A stretch of 63,673 bases of DNA, filler included, from Lenisia limosa (taxonomy: Eukaryota; Protista; Breviatea): NCBI GenBank assembly GCA_001655205.1. It is 8 parts of 8 records of this genome, joined end to end, with 100 filler letters (N's around TTAATTAATTAA, not from the genome) between each part and the next. Parts side by side here need not be neighbours in the genome. Positions count along the whole stretch, not along the records: positions 11,834 to 30,916 come from LPNZ01010579.1; positions 31,017 to 36,342 come from LPNZ01007786.1; positions 36,443 to 52,914 come from LPNZ01008785.1; 5 more parts are not named here. The stretch is one strand, 5' to 3'. The notes beneath the pieces are model-generated. The model ran no database searches. It saw nothing but the letters and a program-made list of their open reading frames with translations, and was not told the origin of the DNA. A program made the position numbers and the translations under genes. Of the stretch, positions 26,579-39,400 are shown in pieces (positions within the stretch are counted from its first letter, which is position 1; each line of letters starts with the position of its first letter).

Positions 26579-29500
26579 TGGATATCGAGTCGTTTGAGGG
26601 ACTACCGCAGTTGGCTCATGACCAGAGAGGAGGTCGATGAAAAAGATTACCTATTTGACCAGTTGAAGGATCTGATCATGAGATCTGTGGGGGGTTGCTG
26701 TTGTTGTTGTTATTGTTGAGAAGTAGGTGTGGGTGTGTTCAAGGATCTTGATCATCAGAACAGGTTGTTGTTGTTGTTGTTAAGAAGTGGGGGTGGGGGA
26801 ATCATAAACTAACGCTCTGTTTAAACACGACATATCATATGTTATATGTAGGGATGTAGTATGTGGTGAAATATGTATTCGCAGGGATTTTATTACATTG
26901 TGGTGTTGGATTATTTTTTTAAAAAAATGGGAATAATCAAAATACAGGGAAAGGAGGGGATTATCATATTANNNNNNNNNNNNNNNNNNNNNNNNNNNNN
27001 NNNNNNNNNNNNNNNNNNNNNNNNNNNNNNNNNNNNNNNNNNNNNNNNNNNNNNNNNNNNNNNNNNNTAACAACCAACTCCCTTTATTCTCTTACCGGTA
27101 AATCAACCAACCTCAACGATGGGATGCGGTTAGGGCTTCACTTCGGTTCGAAAATAAGACTGAATTTTTCGATAAATCCTCGAAAACTATCGATATTTTA
27201 CCGGTCCTTTTCGAACCAAAGTGAAGCCCTAGATGCGGTGCTGNNNNNNNNNNNNNNNNNNNNNNNNNNNNNNNNNNNNNNNNNNNNNNNNNNGTTGTTT
27301 TTGGGCGTTTGTTTGTTTAATAATTGTTCCAGTTTTACCAATTGTCAACTCTTCATTGTTTAGGATGCTGAAATCGTGGGAATTTACATCTACGGAAGCT
27401 TTGCAACTGGGTAGGCAACTATGCTTTTATTGTTTAGCAGATTTATCCTGGATTATTGAAACTTTCCCCTTTTATTTTTATTACTACAAATTTCCCCTGG
27501 CATTATCTGGCAATGGTCTTTCAATTGTTAATCTTATCCTATGTACTGTTTATTACATAGCTTTTACTGCTAAATGTAATTTACTGATAACAAGGTGAAG
27601 CTCTGGTAGTTGCCCCCCCCCCCNNNNNNNNNNNNNNNNNNNNNNNNNNNNNNNNNNNNNNNNNNNNNNNNNNNNNNNNNNNNNNNNNNNNNNNNNNNNN
27701 NNNNNNNNNNNNNNNNNNNNNTTTACTTTTTAGACTCGCGTTTGCACACAGTGACATTGACTGCGTCATCACTACAACGTACAATGTGAGTTTTTTTTAA
27801 AAAAAACTGTAATAATTTAATTCTCTAATTTCAACTTTTCTTTTTTTTTAACAATTATTGCTTTTTTGGAGCAATAATTATTATTTTCATTTTCTGCTTA
27901 CTCCTTTAGGGTGAAGTGACAAATAAGGACCAAACGATGAGCGAATTAAGCAGGTTCGTTACTTTTAAGCATTCCTCTTCTAAGTTTTACTTCTTATGTG
28001 TTTTACCACCTTTCATTTTGATACTTTTCAACACTTATTTTTAACTCTGATATGATGCCATACCCAATTCTTTGATTTTCAACTAACAAGTCTCTGATTC
28101 TGATACACTCGGCTCGAACGCTAGTGCTATCTCCTTTCATCGTTTTGACTCGAAATTCGGCCATATCATCATATCAATAGTGGATATGAAATATCCTTAT
28201 GTTCTATTCACTTTACAGTCTTTATATGTTCTTCGTAAGGCTTCACTTCGGTTCGAAAGTGGCCGGTAAAATATCATGAGTTTTCGAGGATTTATCGGAA
28301 AATTCAGTCTTTTTTGAGAAAATTTATTATAAAGAGAAAGGAGAACTTACCTCACAATCTCTTCGATCTTAACAACATTCTCAGCAGTACTAGCTGCTTC
28401 AACTGAGATTACGTCTCCAACTTGAACTGGGTAGAACCCCAAGTACACCTTCTCCTTATTTGTGTAATAGTGAGACCTACTTTGTCAAATTAATATCAAT
28501 AATAATACATGGTATCTCATACTACGTACATTTATCAGATACATGCTACAGGTTTTCCAATGATGAGGAGATAGTGTGGACACTGCCAACGGTGTAATAC
28601 ACAAGAAATACTCTGAAAAAAACCATTGCCCGCTGTATTATAGAATGAAGCTCACTGACTTCTGATTATAGGTATAGCTTAATAGGTCGTATGAATCCTT
28701 CGAAGCCCTGGGTTGCAACCTTGGAAGTGTGAATAACTTCGAAAAATACCAATACTCATTGCAATTCATACCTCACGAACTGAGCCGAAAAAGACGATGA
28801 CGTGCTCCGCTATGTGCGAGTGTAGGTGCACATTGAGGCACTTCAAAGATGTCGGAAAAATCTGGACAAACTTTGTCAGAAACGTAGTTGCAGTGTGAAA
28901 TCTTTAACATATTACAGGCAAAAAAAATAACACCTCTTTCTCATAGTGGCGGTGAGCTCAGTGGCGAATTTCGTGATGACTCGACTGGTAAACAACAGAA
29001 TTAGCCGACAATGCTCGACCAGGAAGGTCAGGCTGGAGTGTTGCAGGTTGGGGTAGCACTAAAACAGTTAAATACGATTAAGGGGCAAAAGTGTGGTTAA
29101 TTTCGCCTTTATCCAAGGAGGAATTTAGAATGTGCAACAACTGGAAGCATAAATAGTACCCTTGGACCAAATAAGAAAACCAACTAAATTGAACAGCCAG
29201 TCGAGCCGCATAGGGCAAAACCCTGGCGAATGACCACCTCGAACCGAAGTGAATTTTTTGTCGCCGTTCCCAATGTACTTCGACCAAACCAGATTTTTAT
29301 TTTGTAGGGTAAAGTACGTCTTGAGCGAAGAGTGTCCCGATAGCCATGTTTGTGGGCATATTTACTGAGACTTTTACGTCTTATTTTTAATTTTGGATGC
29401 TTTTTTAAATAGAAGTTATTTTCATAAAATACTTGGGTTATTTTTTGATATTTTGGGTGCCAACCGAAGCCCTAATTACTACGGCAAAGGTACTTCCTAC

Positions 29501-30916
29501 TTAAAATTCTGCTTTTCATCATTTATGGTGTAGCTTCAGCTAATCCCAGCGCGTGTACCTGTCTTAAAAGCCGAAATCAATCATCACCAGGTATGAAATG
29601 TATTGAAGGAATATTACCCTATGATCAATAAATAGCTCAGAAAGCAGCCAAGTATTTGAAATAATAAATCAGATAGCGAGGGTGGATGGTGTAGGCAAAT
29701 GGGATTAATATATCAGTATTAGTTGATTGGGAAGAGTAGTTTTTAAGAATCACTGACCAACTTAATTTTTTTGAGGAAATTAAGATAAACAATTTGGAAT
29801 GTGTCAGAAATTGAGTTCTGGTGATAATATGTATTTTGTCCACTTTTATAATCAATTTCCGAAGTAATTGAACGGAGCCCTATTTCAGACTAACTAATTA
29901 ATAATAATGTTTGTGCTTAATCATCGCTTTTCACATGCGGGTGGCTGCAATAATGTCACCATCGCTTTTAGTTTGCCAGTGGCTAATAATGCTGCCATCA
30001 TTTTAACATGCATCAGATCGACTTCACTGTAGACAACGTTTTGCCCTACTACAACAGTCGACTCATCAACGAGTACGCCAGAATACACCCTAATGCAAAC
30101 GACCTGCTTGTCTTCATCAAAGGATGGGCTGATGAGGTCAGCCTGGGTACACCCTGGGAGAGGGGGAGTCTACCAGCGAGAGGACTTCCATAACAAACTT
30201 TTCATGTTTTCACCGTTCAGAACAAAGTAGTTGGGGCGAAAGATGGCTTCTTCTCTTCATATGCTTGGACCATGTCCGGGATTTTTTACCTGATCATGGT
30301 TGGAGGGCTGTCAGTAGGGCTTCACTTCGGTTCGAAAGATACCGGTTAAATATCGATAGTTTTCGAGGATTTTTCTAGAAATTCTGTCTTTTTTCTAACC
30401 GAAGTTAAGCCCTAGCTGTGGTGCGTGTTTAGTTTGAGAACTAGAAAGTACAGATCATAAAACCTCTAGAAAAATAATAGATAATATGTAGGAATGCTAA
30501 ACGAAACAAGGTGGTCAAAGCCTTCTGCACCATCACGCTTAAGAGATTGGTTTTTAGTATTACATTCATTCACCCAGTCATATTCCTTACAACTCTGTAC
30601 ATAATAATAATACTTTTTAAATATCGATATTTGTTGATAAATAGTATCAGGAACTTCAGTCAATATTTCTGACAATTGGATGGATATTCTCTCTATCATC
30701 TGATAATCATCTGCAATTTAATTGATCGCATTAGAAAGAGGTAGTGCCATGCTTGACGGACGATCTCAATAGCGAGCCAAGACCAAGGGATGATGTTAAG
30801 GTGGGCCAAGACCAAGGGATGATGAATGTGGGTCAGACCAAGGGACGATGTTAAGGTGGGCCAAGACCAAGGGATGATGTTAAGGTGCCAAGACCAAGGA
30901 ATGATGTTAAGTGGGT
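26579..30916 (+). CDS. Cid1/TRF4-family terminal nucleotidyltransferase (TUTase/non-canonical PAP), partial
   Basis: IYIYGSFATG|LAFAHSDIDCVI (GS-x-DxD), LQLIPARVPVLK, IDFTVDNVLPYYNSRLINEYARIHPNANDLLVFIKGWA and DGFFSSYAWTMSGIFYLIM are ordered family motifs. Confidence 0.88.
27131..27231. mobile_element. MITE family A (about 97 bp, TIR GGGCTTCACTTCGGTTCGAAAA, TA target duplication), type copy
   Basis: TA|GGGCTTCACTTCGGTTCGAAAA...TTTTCGAACCAAAGTGAAGCCC|TA. Related copies: 8013-8076, 14210-14305, 15112-15209, 30315-30414, 37841-37940, 39301-39398, 39407-39507, 44972-45069. Partial copies near 11300, 12366, 18241, 28239, 33595, 40610, 50428, 51918, 52025, 53361. Confidence 0.9.
28028..29290 (-). 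mobile_element. Decayed CACTA/EnSpm-like (CMC) transposase, antisense in a TUTase intron, with its own short introns
   Basis: After removing introns 28902-28933 and 28720-28771: TATTFLTKFVQIFPTSLKCLNVHLHSHIAEHVIVFFGSVRE|VATQGFEGFIRPIK fits the A..FL..FV..F...NVH..H...V..FG.........FE motif with correct G-to-FE spacing. In-frame TAA and TGA follow. Confidence 0.65.
30776..30916 (+). repeat. Minisatellite, about 29-bp unit x5 (CCAAGACCAAGGGATGATGTTAAGGTGGG)
   Basis: Five tandem near-identical units run into the scaffold end. Confidence 0.9.
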
Positions 30917-31016
30917 NNNNNNNNNNNNNNNNNNNNNNNNNNNNNNNNNNNNNNNNNNNNTTAATTAATTAANNNNNNNNNNNNNNNNNNNNNNNNNNNN
31001 NNNNNNNNNNNNNNNN

Positions 31017-33100
31017 ATCATCCTCACCAGGTTCTTGGGGTCATCAGTGGCTATAATGTGACAAAGCTTTTATAATAGGGGAGGAGTAAAATTGGAGAAT
31101 TTATGAAACAAAAAAGCCCAAATCAACCAGGGTTGATAACGACAAAACAAACAAAGCCCAGTCCAGTCGCTTCTGCACCACACCCCATCACTCCAGCGTA
31201 CGTATAAATGTAAACTTTTTCAACAAATATAAACAAAAAATAAAAAAAGTTGATTAATTGGAAACACAAGGTTTTAAAAATAACAAAACAAGCATCACTT
31301 TAGCGAATCGGGAAGGTAAATAGATATCATATGAAACACCCCCACACACACATAATCATAAAAAAAAAACAACTTCGTTGGCTAAACATAAAAACACAAT
31401 GATAGCACCCAAAGAAAGCANNNNNNNNNNNNNNNNNNNNNNNNNNNNNNNNNNNNNNNNNNNNNNNNNNNNNNNNNNNNNNNNNNNNNNNNNNNNNNNN
31501 NNNNNNNNNNNNNNNNNNNNNNNNNNNNNNNNNNNNNNNNNNNNNNNNNNNNNNNNNNNNNNNNNNNNNNNNNNNNNNNNNNNACTTCATCAGCCAAGTC
31601 ACGGACAACATCTGGACTCAATTACTATACGGGACATCGTGCACTAAGAGACAGGACTAAATTTGGAATAGAAAAAAAAGAATTGTTACCATTATGCCAA
31701 GTCATTTCTTAATTATTTTGCTCCTTGAAAGTATTCACAAAAAAAACCCAAAGCAATAAAAAGAACTCACAAAGGTAAAAAATAATATCCTTCTATTCTC
31801 CTGCTAATGTAATTTGTTTAAAAGACGAAAAAGCCTTACACCCCCGAACCTTCAGAGGAGATATTTCCAAGAGCACAGAGCGCCAAACCGACTGCGTGGG
31901 GGTTGCTGCAGGTCAAGTCTAATAGGGTTAGCAATAGTAGTTTCGCATCTATCGTGGTCNNNNNNNNNNNNNNNNNNNNNNNNNNNNNNNNNNNNNNNNN
32001 NNNNNNNNNNNNNNNNNNNNNNNNNNNNNNNNNNNNNNNNNNNNNNNNNNNNNNNNNNNNNNNNNNNNNNNNNNNNGAATATTGTCTACCTCACATCCTA
32101 AAGTGTATTTGAGAGAATTTCGAGATAATGACACAAATGATATCATTTGCATAATATGATCGATATATGATATATGATATACGTTTGAAGAATAATTAGG
32201 GCTTTCCTTCGGTCCCAAAGAGGTTATACTTCTTTATAAATCTTTGATAGATCCCCACTCAACCTTCATAAAGTATCTCTATACAATACTATAATATGGA
32301 TAGCATACATTTGGTATGATATGATATATACTACTTATATAACTATTATGTTGTTAATATTTCATGATATTACAACATTTGACGATAGTCATCATAACAC
32401 ACCTGATTTCAGTGAGTTTGTGACAAGCATCAACACGTCACTGTTTTCGTCAAGCAAAAGCATGACTCCAAGGTAGCCAATCCGCTTGTCTGCAAAACGC
32501 TGGAAGGGGGGTAAAAGCGAGAAATGCCTTGGGGGGGGGGGGGNNNNNNNNNNNNNNNNNNNNNNNNNNNNNNNNNNNNNNNNNNNNNNNNNNNNNNNNN
32601 NNNNNNNNNNNNNNNNNNNNNNNNNNNNNNNNNNNNNNNNNNNNNNNNNNNNNNNNNNNNNCTAGAAAATTGGGGGTGAGCTGATCCAGAGTGTCATAAA
32701 TGGATTGGAGAGAAAGGGAACCATCCAACCTCAGAGGCAAGAAGCTTCACAACCTCCATCTGTCCCCAATGAGTTGGATGTCCCTAAGAAGCGGTCAGAA
32801 AGCAGGACAGACGCGGGAAAACAAATATCCTAACCATCATGTGAACGAAGAGAAGCTTAGCAACATTTCTGTGTCTGTATTGGATCTGTTCCTCCTTGAA
32901 CTGGGTACGGATGATGGCACACTCCTTCAGGAGAATTAGGTGAAGATAAACTTAATCTAAAATGCAGCTTTAGACTTACTTTTGAGATGCAATCACGGGC
33001 AGCAGCCTGGGTTTTGCAGCTTCGCACCTAAAGAGTCACGAAGACTCCTCATAGTGACGTCTCCTACCTGCTTAATGAATTCCCTGAGCTTTTGACTCAT
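31017..33100 (-). CDS. AP1G1: AP-1 complex gamma adaptin, 5' part (truncated at linker)
   Basis: [11 protein letters not shown]|[16 protein letters not shown]|[30 protein letters not shown]|[18 protein letters not shown]...[32 protein letters not shown]|[22 protein letters not shown]...DVVRDLADE. Confidence 0.93.
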
Positions 33101-33523
33101 CTTTCGCTTGTACTTGTCTTGATATCTATATTATTTATGGTTCACACGTCCACACACTACCGAAGATCAAATCTGCAAGTGATTTTTCGGATTTTAGTGA
33201 ACGTTTGCGCGTGCTGTGCGCGCGCGCGAAATCTCTAGGAGTTGCAAGTGTTGCAAAACCCCATCTATCACATACCCACACACATATACGCATATACACG
33301 TAAAACGACACATACACATACAAAACACATACAATAAACCCACATATACAGTACATCTATACCAAATATACACACATTTATTACTACCGTATGCAACCTT
33401 CTCACAAGAATCCAATCCAAAATCCATATTGAATCCAAGCACAACACTTCACTGAACCTCCCCTCTTTAATACCAAACGTCTATTCATCATCACGTCTAT
33501 TCATCATCACTATCACTATCCGA

Positions 33524-36342
33524 GCCAAGAAGACCAGCGAGACTGCCACCACCTTCACGCAAGCACACGCTCTAAATGGTTAATTGATAGAGCGTACTTC
33601 CGGTTCCAAAAAAGACCGAAGTGTTATTGTCAAAAGCGACGGATGCTGTCTCTTCCACATACCTTTTTCACAATAGCTTCTTCCAAGCCCTAAAAAATCA
33701 GACCAAATTTCGAAAAGCTGTGTTGCATTTCATAGTATTATGATATCATATTATATGATAGTATTAGATGATGAGAAAAGATATTTCATATTTATTTATA
33801 GTCTCTTGCAACTAATTCCTACCCCGTACCCCAAATCTCACCTCATCACAGGTTTCCTGTGGTCCTTCAGAGTAGTGTAGGGGTCTCTTGAGGTTCGGCT
33901 TTTGGGTGTCTTCCTGCTGAAGGAGGTTTCGTCTCAGGCGAAGGGCGGCTTCTAACGCCACTGCATGGTCCTGGGGTTTTCGGGTAAAATGGGTTGACAA
34001 TAGGCAAGCTCACACGAATGTCCTTATATTACCCCCCCCCCCCAANNNNNNNNNNNNNNNNNNNNNNNNNNNNNNNNNNNNNNNNNNNNNNNNNNNNNNN
34101 NNNNNNNNNNNNNNNNNNNNNNNNNNNNNNNNNNNNNNNNNNNNNNNNNNNNNNNNNNNNNNNNNNNNNNNTTCGCTCCAGGGGGTAGGGAGGACAGCTT
34201 GAAGCAATTCATCACGGGTTTTCTCGACAAAGGGGCTGGGGAAATGAAAATATTGAAAATGCAAAATTAAATACAGATTACCTGTCAAGCTCAGCTGATT
34301 ACATGATGATATGGTATAACTATTTAACTACTATATGATGATATGTAGTATTATAAATAGCTACATTGTATATCATAAATACTACGTATGGCAGGGTATA
34401 AATTAGAGTATTCATAATCCAATATCATATATTATATATATGTATATTACAATATGTGAAGTATCTAGTACAAGCATACACGGAAGGGAAGGCCTTGAGG
34501 TGTGCTGTTTTGAATTTGAGGTTGGCCTCACGGAGAATTCCCTCGAGAAATTCGGGACGGTTACCGCAGGCAAGGGCATCCTGAGTTGAGTGAAATAAAT
34601 GCGCGCGCGGGGGGGGGGGGCTCTATACCATTATGCCATTCATACCTGAATTCCATGTCGCATTTCAAGGGGGTCAATGGACTGGTACGGAAACAAGGCC
34701 TTGTACGTTGCCTCGAGGTCGGTTTCCCACTGATAAAGTCGCACATCCCCCTGAAAGATAAACAAGGGAGTTTATGACAGCAAATTCCCAAAAAGACGGC
34801 AAATAGCGATATGACATGTACTATAGAGCCACCCTACTGAATGTGAAGCTTCGAACATTTGTATGAATTTCAGTAACACGCCTGAGAGGGAGGGGAAACA
34901 GTGAAGGATCTGGAAGGTGAGCTGAATAGGTTTATCTGTTATTGTTCAACGGATAGGTATATGTCTCAAAAACATAATAATAAAATCAAGTTCTGAAGGT
35001 TGTTCAAAAAAAAAAAAAAAAAAAANNNNNNNNNNNNNNNNNNNNNNNNNNNNNNNNNNNNNNNNNNNNNNNNNNNNNNNNNNNNNNNNNNNNNNNNNNN
35101 NNNNNNNNTATACTCCCCTCCGTTTCTTAATTTCAAATAATAACACTATTCCCACTTAGAGATATCAAATAGACTACACAGACCACCTCCCAACAGTTTC
35201 CATAGACTCCAGAAGATTAACGTGATTGGCACTCTCATAAACGTCGGAAATGAACCTAAAAAGTCAGCACTACTATCTAGAAATGAGAATTAAAACAAGG
35301 GAATATATAGTCTATGATGTACAAACATAGAGTGAAATCACTTTAAAAAGTGATATACATTCAGAAAAGGAGAGTATGCGACCATACTCCCTTCTTTTTA
35401 GAGAATATTATCCCCCCTACTGTAATAAATGGTAGAAAGAGTTGCTGTAAGGGTCCAAGACAACTCTTTCGTACGCCATATTGATGGAGCATCTCAGGCG
35501 GTTCTGTGGGTGTAAGTTAGGGGAGGGGACAACGGAGTTAAGGAAAAGAGCTGAATAAGAATATGTAACACACATCTTAGGATACTATAGTATATGATAC
35601 GTGCTATGAAGGATTATTAACTCAGTTCCTTTTTCACCGAGGAGGAAAACCCCTTCTCAGAACCCCACCATTTTGAGGAGCAAAGCAGGGGACTTGAAGG
35701 CCATAATATCGACCCATCCGGTAAGAAGTCCTCCGAGCCTTAATCGGTAAGCGACTTGTCAAATACGGGTGACATCCTCATGGTACGAAAACCGTGAAAA
35801 TCTATCATATAATACCCACTCTCGCATGTGATTGTCGAGGCATCTGTCTACGACCATTGAAGGGGGGCGGGGGTCTTTCGGAAGCTTTCTTGAGAGTAAA
35901 TCAGACAATACGGTAGATTACTAAATATTACAAGTATAATAGATATCATATAATCTAATATACACTGTATCAAATGCGAGTATGAATTCATGTCAGCCCA
36001 TCATGTGCTGAAGCTTGGATTATTATATCATATATCATTGTACACAAAATAAAACTGTTGATTACCCCCCCCCCCCNNNNNNNNNNNNNNNNNNNNNNNN
36101 NNNNNNNNNNNNNNNNNNNNNNNNNNNNNNNNNNNNNNNNGGGAACGCGTCAGAGTAATCCCGAGCCTCAAGCATGGTCATTCCAAGCGCCTGTCCTTCC
36201 TAATATGGTGAAAATAGCCTGTTTTGGAGAATTCAGTTTTACATTTAGAATTTGAAGTGACGCTCTCATTACTACCCACCATAAACAGGTCGGTCCTGAT
36301 GGATGACGGTGGCACAGGGGGTAAATGCTGCACTGGATAGGG
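33524..36342 (+). CDS. Unidentified multi-exon gene (partial)
   Basis: A series of GT-AG-bounded open segments, e.g. FPVVLQS|SAFGCLPAEGGFVSGEGRLLTPLHGPGVFG, EGLEVCCFEFEVGLTENSLEKFG and VERVAVRVQDNSFVRHIDGASQAVLW. No homology recognised. Confidence 0.4.
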
Positions 36343-36458
36343 NNNNNNNNNNNNNNNNNNNNNNNNNNNNNNNNNNNNNNNNNNNNTTAATTAATTAANN
36401 NNNNNNNNNNNNNNNNNNNNNNNNNNNNNNNNNNNNNNNNNNATATGCCATAAAAGGG

Positions 36459-39400
36459 GCTCACCCGAATTTAATCATTCTTGGGGTAACCTCATCCACA
36501 CTGGTGTAATCCTCGGGTGACCTAAACAAGTTAACCACTAACAAATAACATGTTTTTAGGGCTTTATGCAATCACTTTTATGAAGATAATAATTGTACCC
36601 AGGGATTTCGGTGCGAAACAGACAGAGAATATATTGTATCTACCGAATGTATTTGGGACCGAAGGGAAGCCATAATTTCAACCTATATATCCCTCTTAGA
36701 ATTTCAATTGCAAAGAATCCGGCCTGTATTTGATAACACTAAACTTATATTGAGCACCAACAGTAGTTGAAAAAGACTAGCCCCCCAAAAAAATATCATA
36801 TATATATTATATACTACATGTCGATAAAGTAGTATCAGATAAAAAAAAACACTCAAAAAAACGTCCCCCACCCCATACACAAATACAAGCACTCGCTCCA
36901 AGCCAACCATAAGCGCTCAGCTACAGCGTTTGCACGAGGGAAGATTCTTGACACCACGGTGGCATCATTGACTTGTTCCGACCACATTCTAGGGTGTGAA
37001 AATATAGCAATGATAAATAAAAAAAAGGTTGTATCTCGCCAAAGCCGTCCGCACCCTCACGCTTATAAAATTGGACTATTATAAATATTAATTCACCCAA
37101 TCTTTTGAATACTGAATGGTAATAATTAGTGCGTCGGTGGGGGCGGGAGGCGGATAATGCAACTCGTGATAAACGTGGTGTGGAGAATGCCAATAGTGCG
37201 ATAAGATGTGTTGCGTGACGGTGGTAATNNNNNNNNNNNNNNNNNNNNNNNNNNNNNNNNNNNNNNNNNNNNNNNNNNNNNNNNNNNNNNNNNNNNNNNN
37301 NNNNNNNNNNNNNNNNNNNNNNNNNNNNNNNNNNNNNNATGCTTGATGTGCGAGGATGGATCGTAGTTGTAGAAGTCAACCCTGTAAATGGTAAGGGAGA
37401 CAGTCTGTGAACTTTGTATTTTGAATCCGGTCAGCGAGTTGTTTTATTGAACAAGAGAAATGATATCTCATATATTATGTAATATATTAGAAATCTTGGG
37501 AAGCAGATAAATACATAGGGATACCATAAACAACGAGAAGTGCATCGAACTATGTTTTTTTTTCTGGGGGATAAGTGAGAGCCTACCAGTTTGCAAGAAG
37601 GAGGTAGTAGTGTTTCTTGGCGGGCTGCTGTTGATCCAAATACCAACCCCGGGAAGAAACGACCTTACGCCCGGCAACGATGGCCTGATGGTTGAGTAAA
37701 TAGCAAATATGAATGAGCGCATAGGAATACTCGAATAACCCTTCAGACTCCGTCAGATGGGGCTACAAATGAAATACGAAGAAAAAGTACAGAATCCTAA
37801 GTGCGAACTACCTCTTCCCCGATGAACTATGAATAGTGACCAGGGCTTCACTTCGGTTCGAAAAATACCGGTATAATATCGATAGCTTTCGAGGATTTAT
37901 CGAAAAATTCAGTCATTTTTTTAACCGAAGTGAAGCCCCAACTATGACAAGTGCGAACTACTTTCCCCACAGTTTACCTCTTCAAGAGCGTGTTTCTTGT
38001 GCTTCCAAGCGTGGATCACAACATGGTCGGGAAGCTTGACTACTACAGGATGTAAAATCCAAAATTTAGGGGTGTAAATGCGAAATTTATGAAGCAAAAA
38101 GAAGAAAAAAGAAACTCTGTTGGCTATACTGTATTATACTATATATCATAGTATGTACAATATATATCGATATAGAGAAATTCAGTCCCTACGCCTCACC
38201 CACAATGGTCAAAAGCGTCTTCCCACATGACGACAGTTGAGGCCTTAGAGTTCAACGCCGCCGCTGTGGAATGTTCCACAAAGTACTTGTAAATCTGAAG
38301 GGTAAATAAGGAAGTATGATATTTGTTTTTGTCATCCCTATTTAATTGTTTCTCGGAATTATTTCCAAAAAACTAATGGTTTTCAAACCTTTTTGTAAGA
38401 TAATATCAAATACTATACTGGAATGAGAAATACAAAGAGAAAGCTGCTGGCAAACCTCTTTGTGGGTCTTGATGTTGTTTTTCTTCATCCACTCAGTGAC
38501 TTCCTTACTTGCTTCCCAACATGCTGGCGATAATGAGAAATCCGGGAGAGCTTTGTTTTAGTGTTCATATTTCTTATCCCTAGCTTTTAAATGATGTATT
38601 TTCTTTCTCTAAAAAAGTAAAATGTTTAACAATTGTACAAATCAAGTCAGAAGCGCTTGATTGAAATATCTGAAAAAAGCACCACACAGAGAAAATCACA
38701 ATAGCCGTCTGAAACAAGAATAAAAAAAGTGACCGCGACAAATATTGACCAATTTTCCTTGGGAAATCATTGAGCAAATCGGTGAACACATATCTCGGTC
38801 ACTGTAGGTATCACACTCTCCTGGTTGAAAACAGGGGGGGGGGAGTAAAATTTATAAAACAAAAAAAACGGAAAAGTTATGCAACAAAAAAGCCCAAAAT
38901 CAACTCTGTTGGCTGACAACACACGAGAGTTGATAACAACAAAACAAAGAAAGCCCTGGCCAGTCGCTTTGGCAGCACCACATCCCATCACTTNNNNNNN
39001 NNNNNNNNNNNNNNNNNNNNNNNNNNNNNNNNNNNNNNNNNNNNNNNNNNNNNNNNNNNNNNNNNNNNNNNCCTCCAATATGGAAAATCTGGGACTTGAA
39101 GAGGTCACTCAGTTCAGCTGCCAAGTCAAAGAGTAGGTGATTTGTTTAAGGTAGAATCCCTCCACATTAATAGGGATATTGATAGAAAATTGTTAATTTG
39201 AAAAGATAAGAATGGAATATGTTGGAAAAACGACAAATCATCATTGCCTTAACATTAACATCACGCAATAGTTTTGTAACATTGATAAGTAAAGAGTAGT
39301 GCCTCACTTCAGTCCGAAAAAAAGAATAAATTTTCCAATAAATCTTTGAAACCTATCGATATTTTACTGGTCTTACTTGTACCGAAAGTGAAGCCAAGTA

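Noticed and set aside
28351-28445. RuvB-like resemblance of EKV...QVGDVISVEA
   Set aside because: It would need a non-GT-AG 21-nt deletion, and the segment fits better as the C-terminal part of the transposase relic.
30776-30916. CRISPR-like array, also considered for 59529-60105
   Set aside because: There are no unique spacers, the context is eukaryotic and no cas genes are present; these are simple tandem repeats.
3140-33892. In-frame TGA/TAA codons suggesting stop-codon reassignment or selenocysteine
   Set aside because: They occur only in transposase relics or inside a removable 21-nt intron. Conserved genes show none, and TAA and TAG are used as normal stops.
38800-39075. Possible loss of the GH20 catalytic Asp-Glu after HIGG, or a MITE-derived donor
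   Set aside because: The motif runs into an N gap, so the exon structure cannot be resolved.
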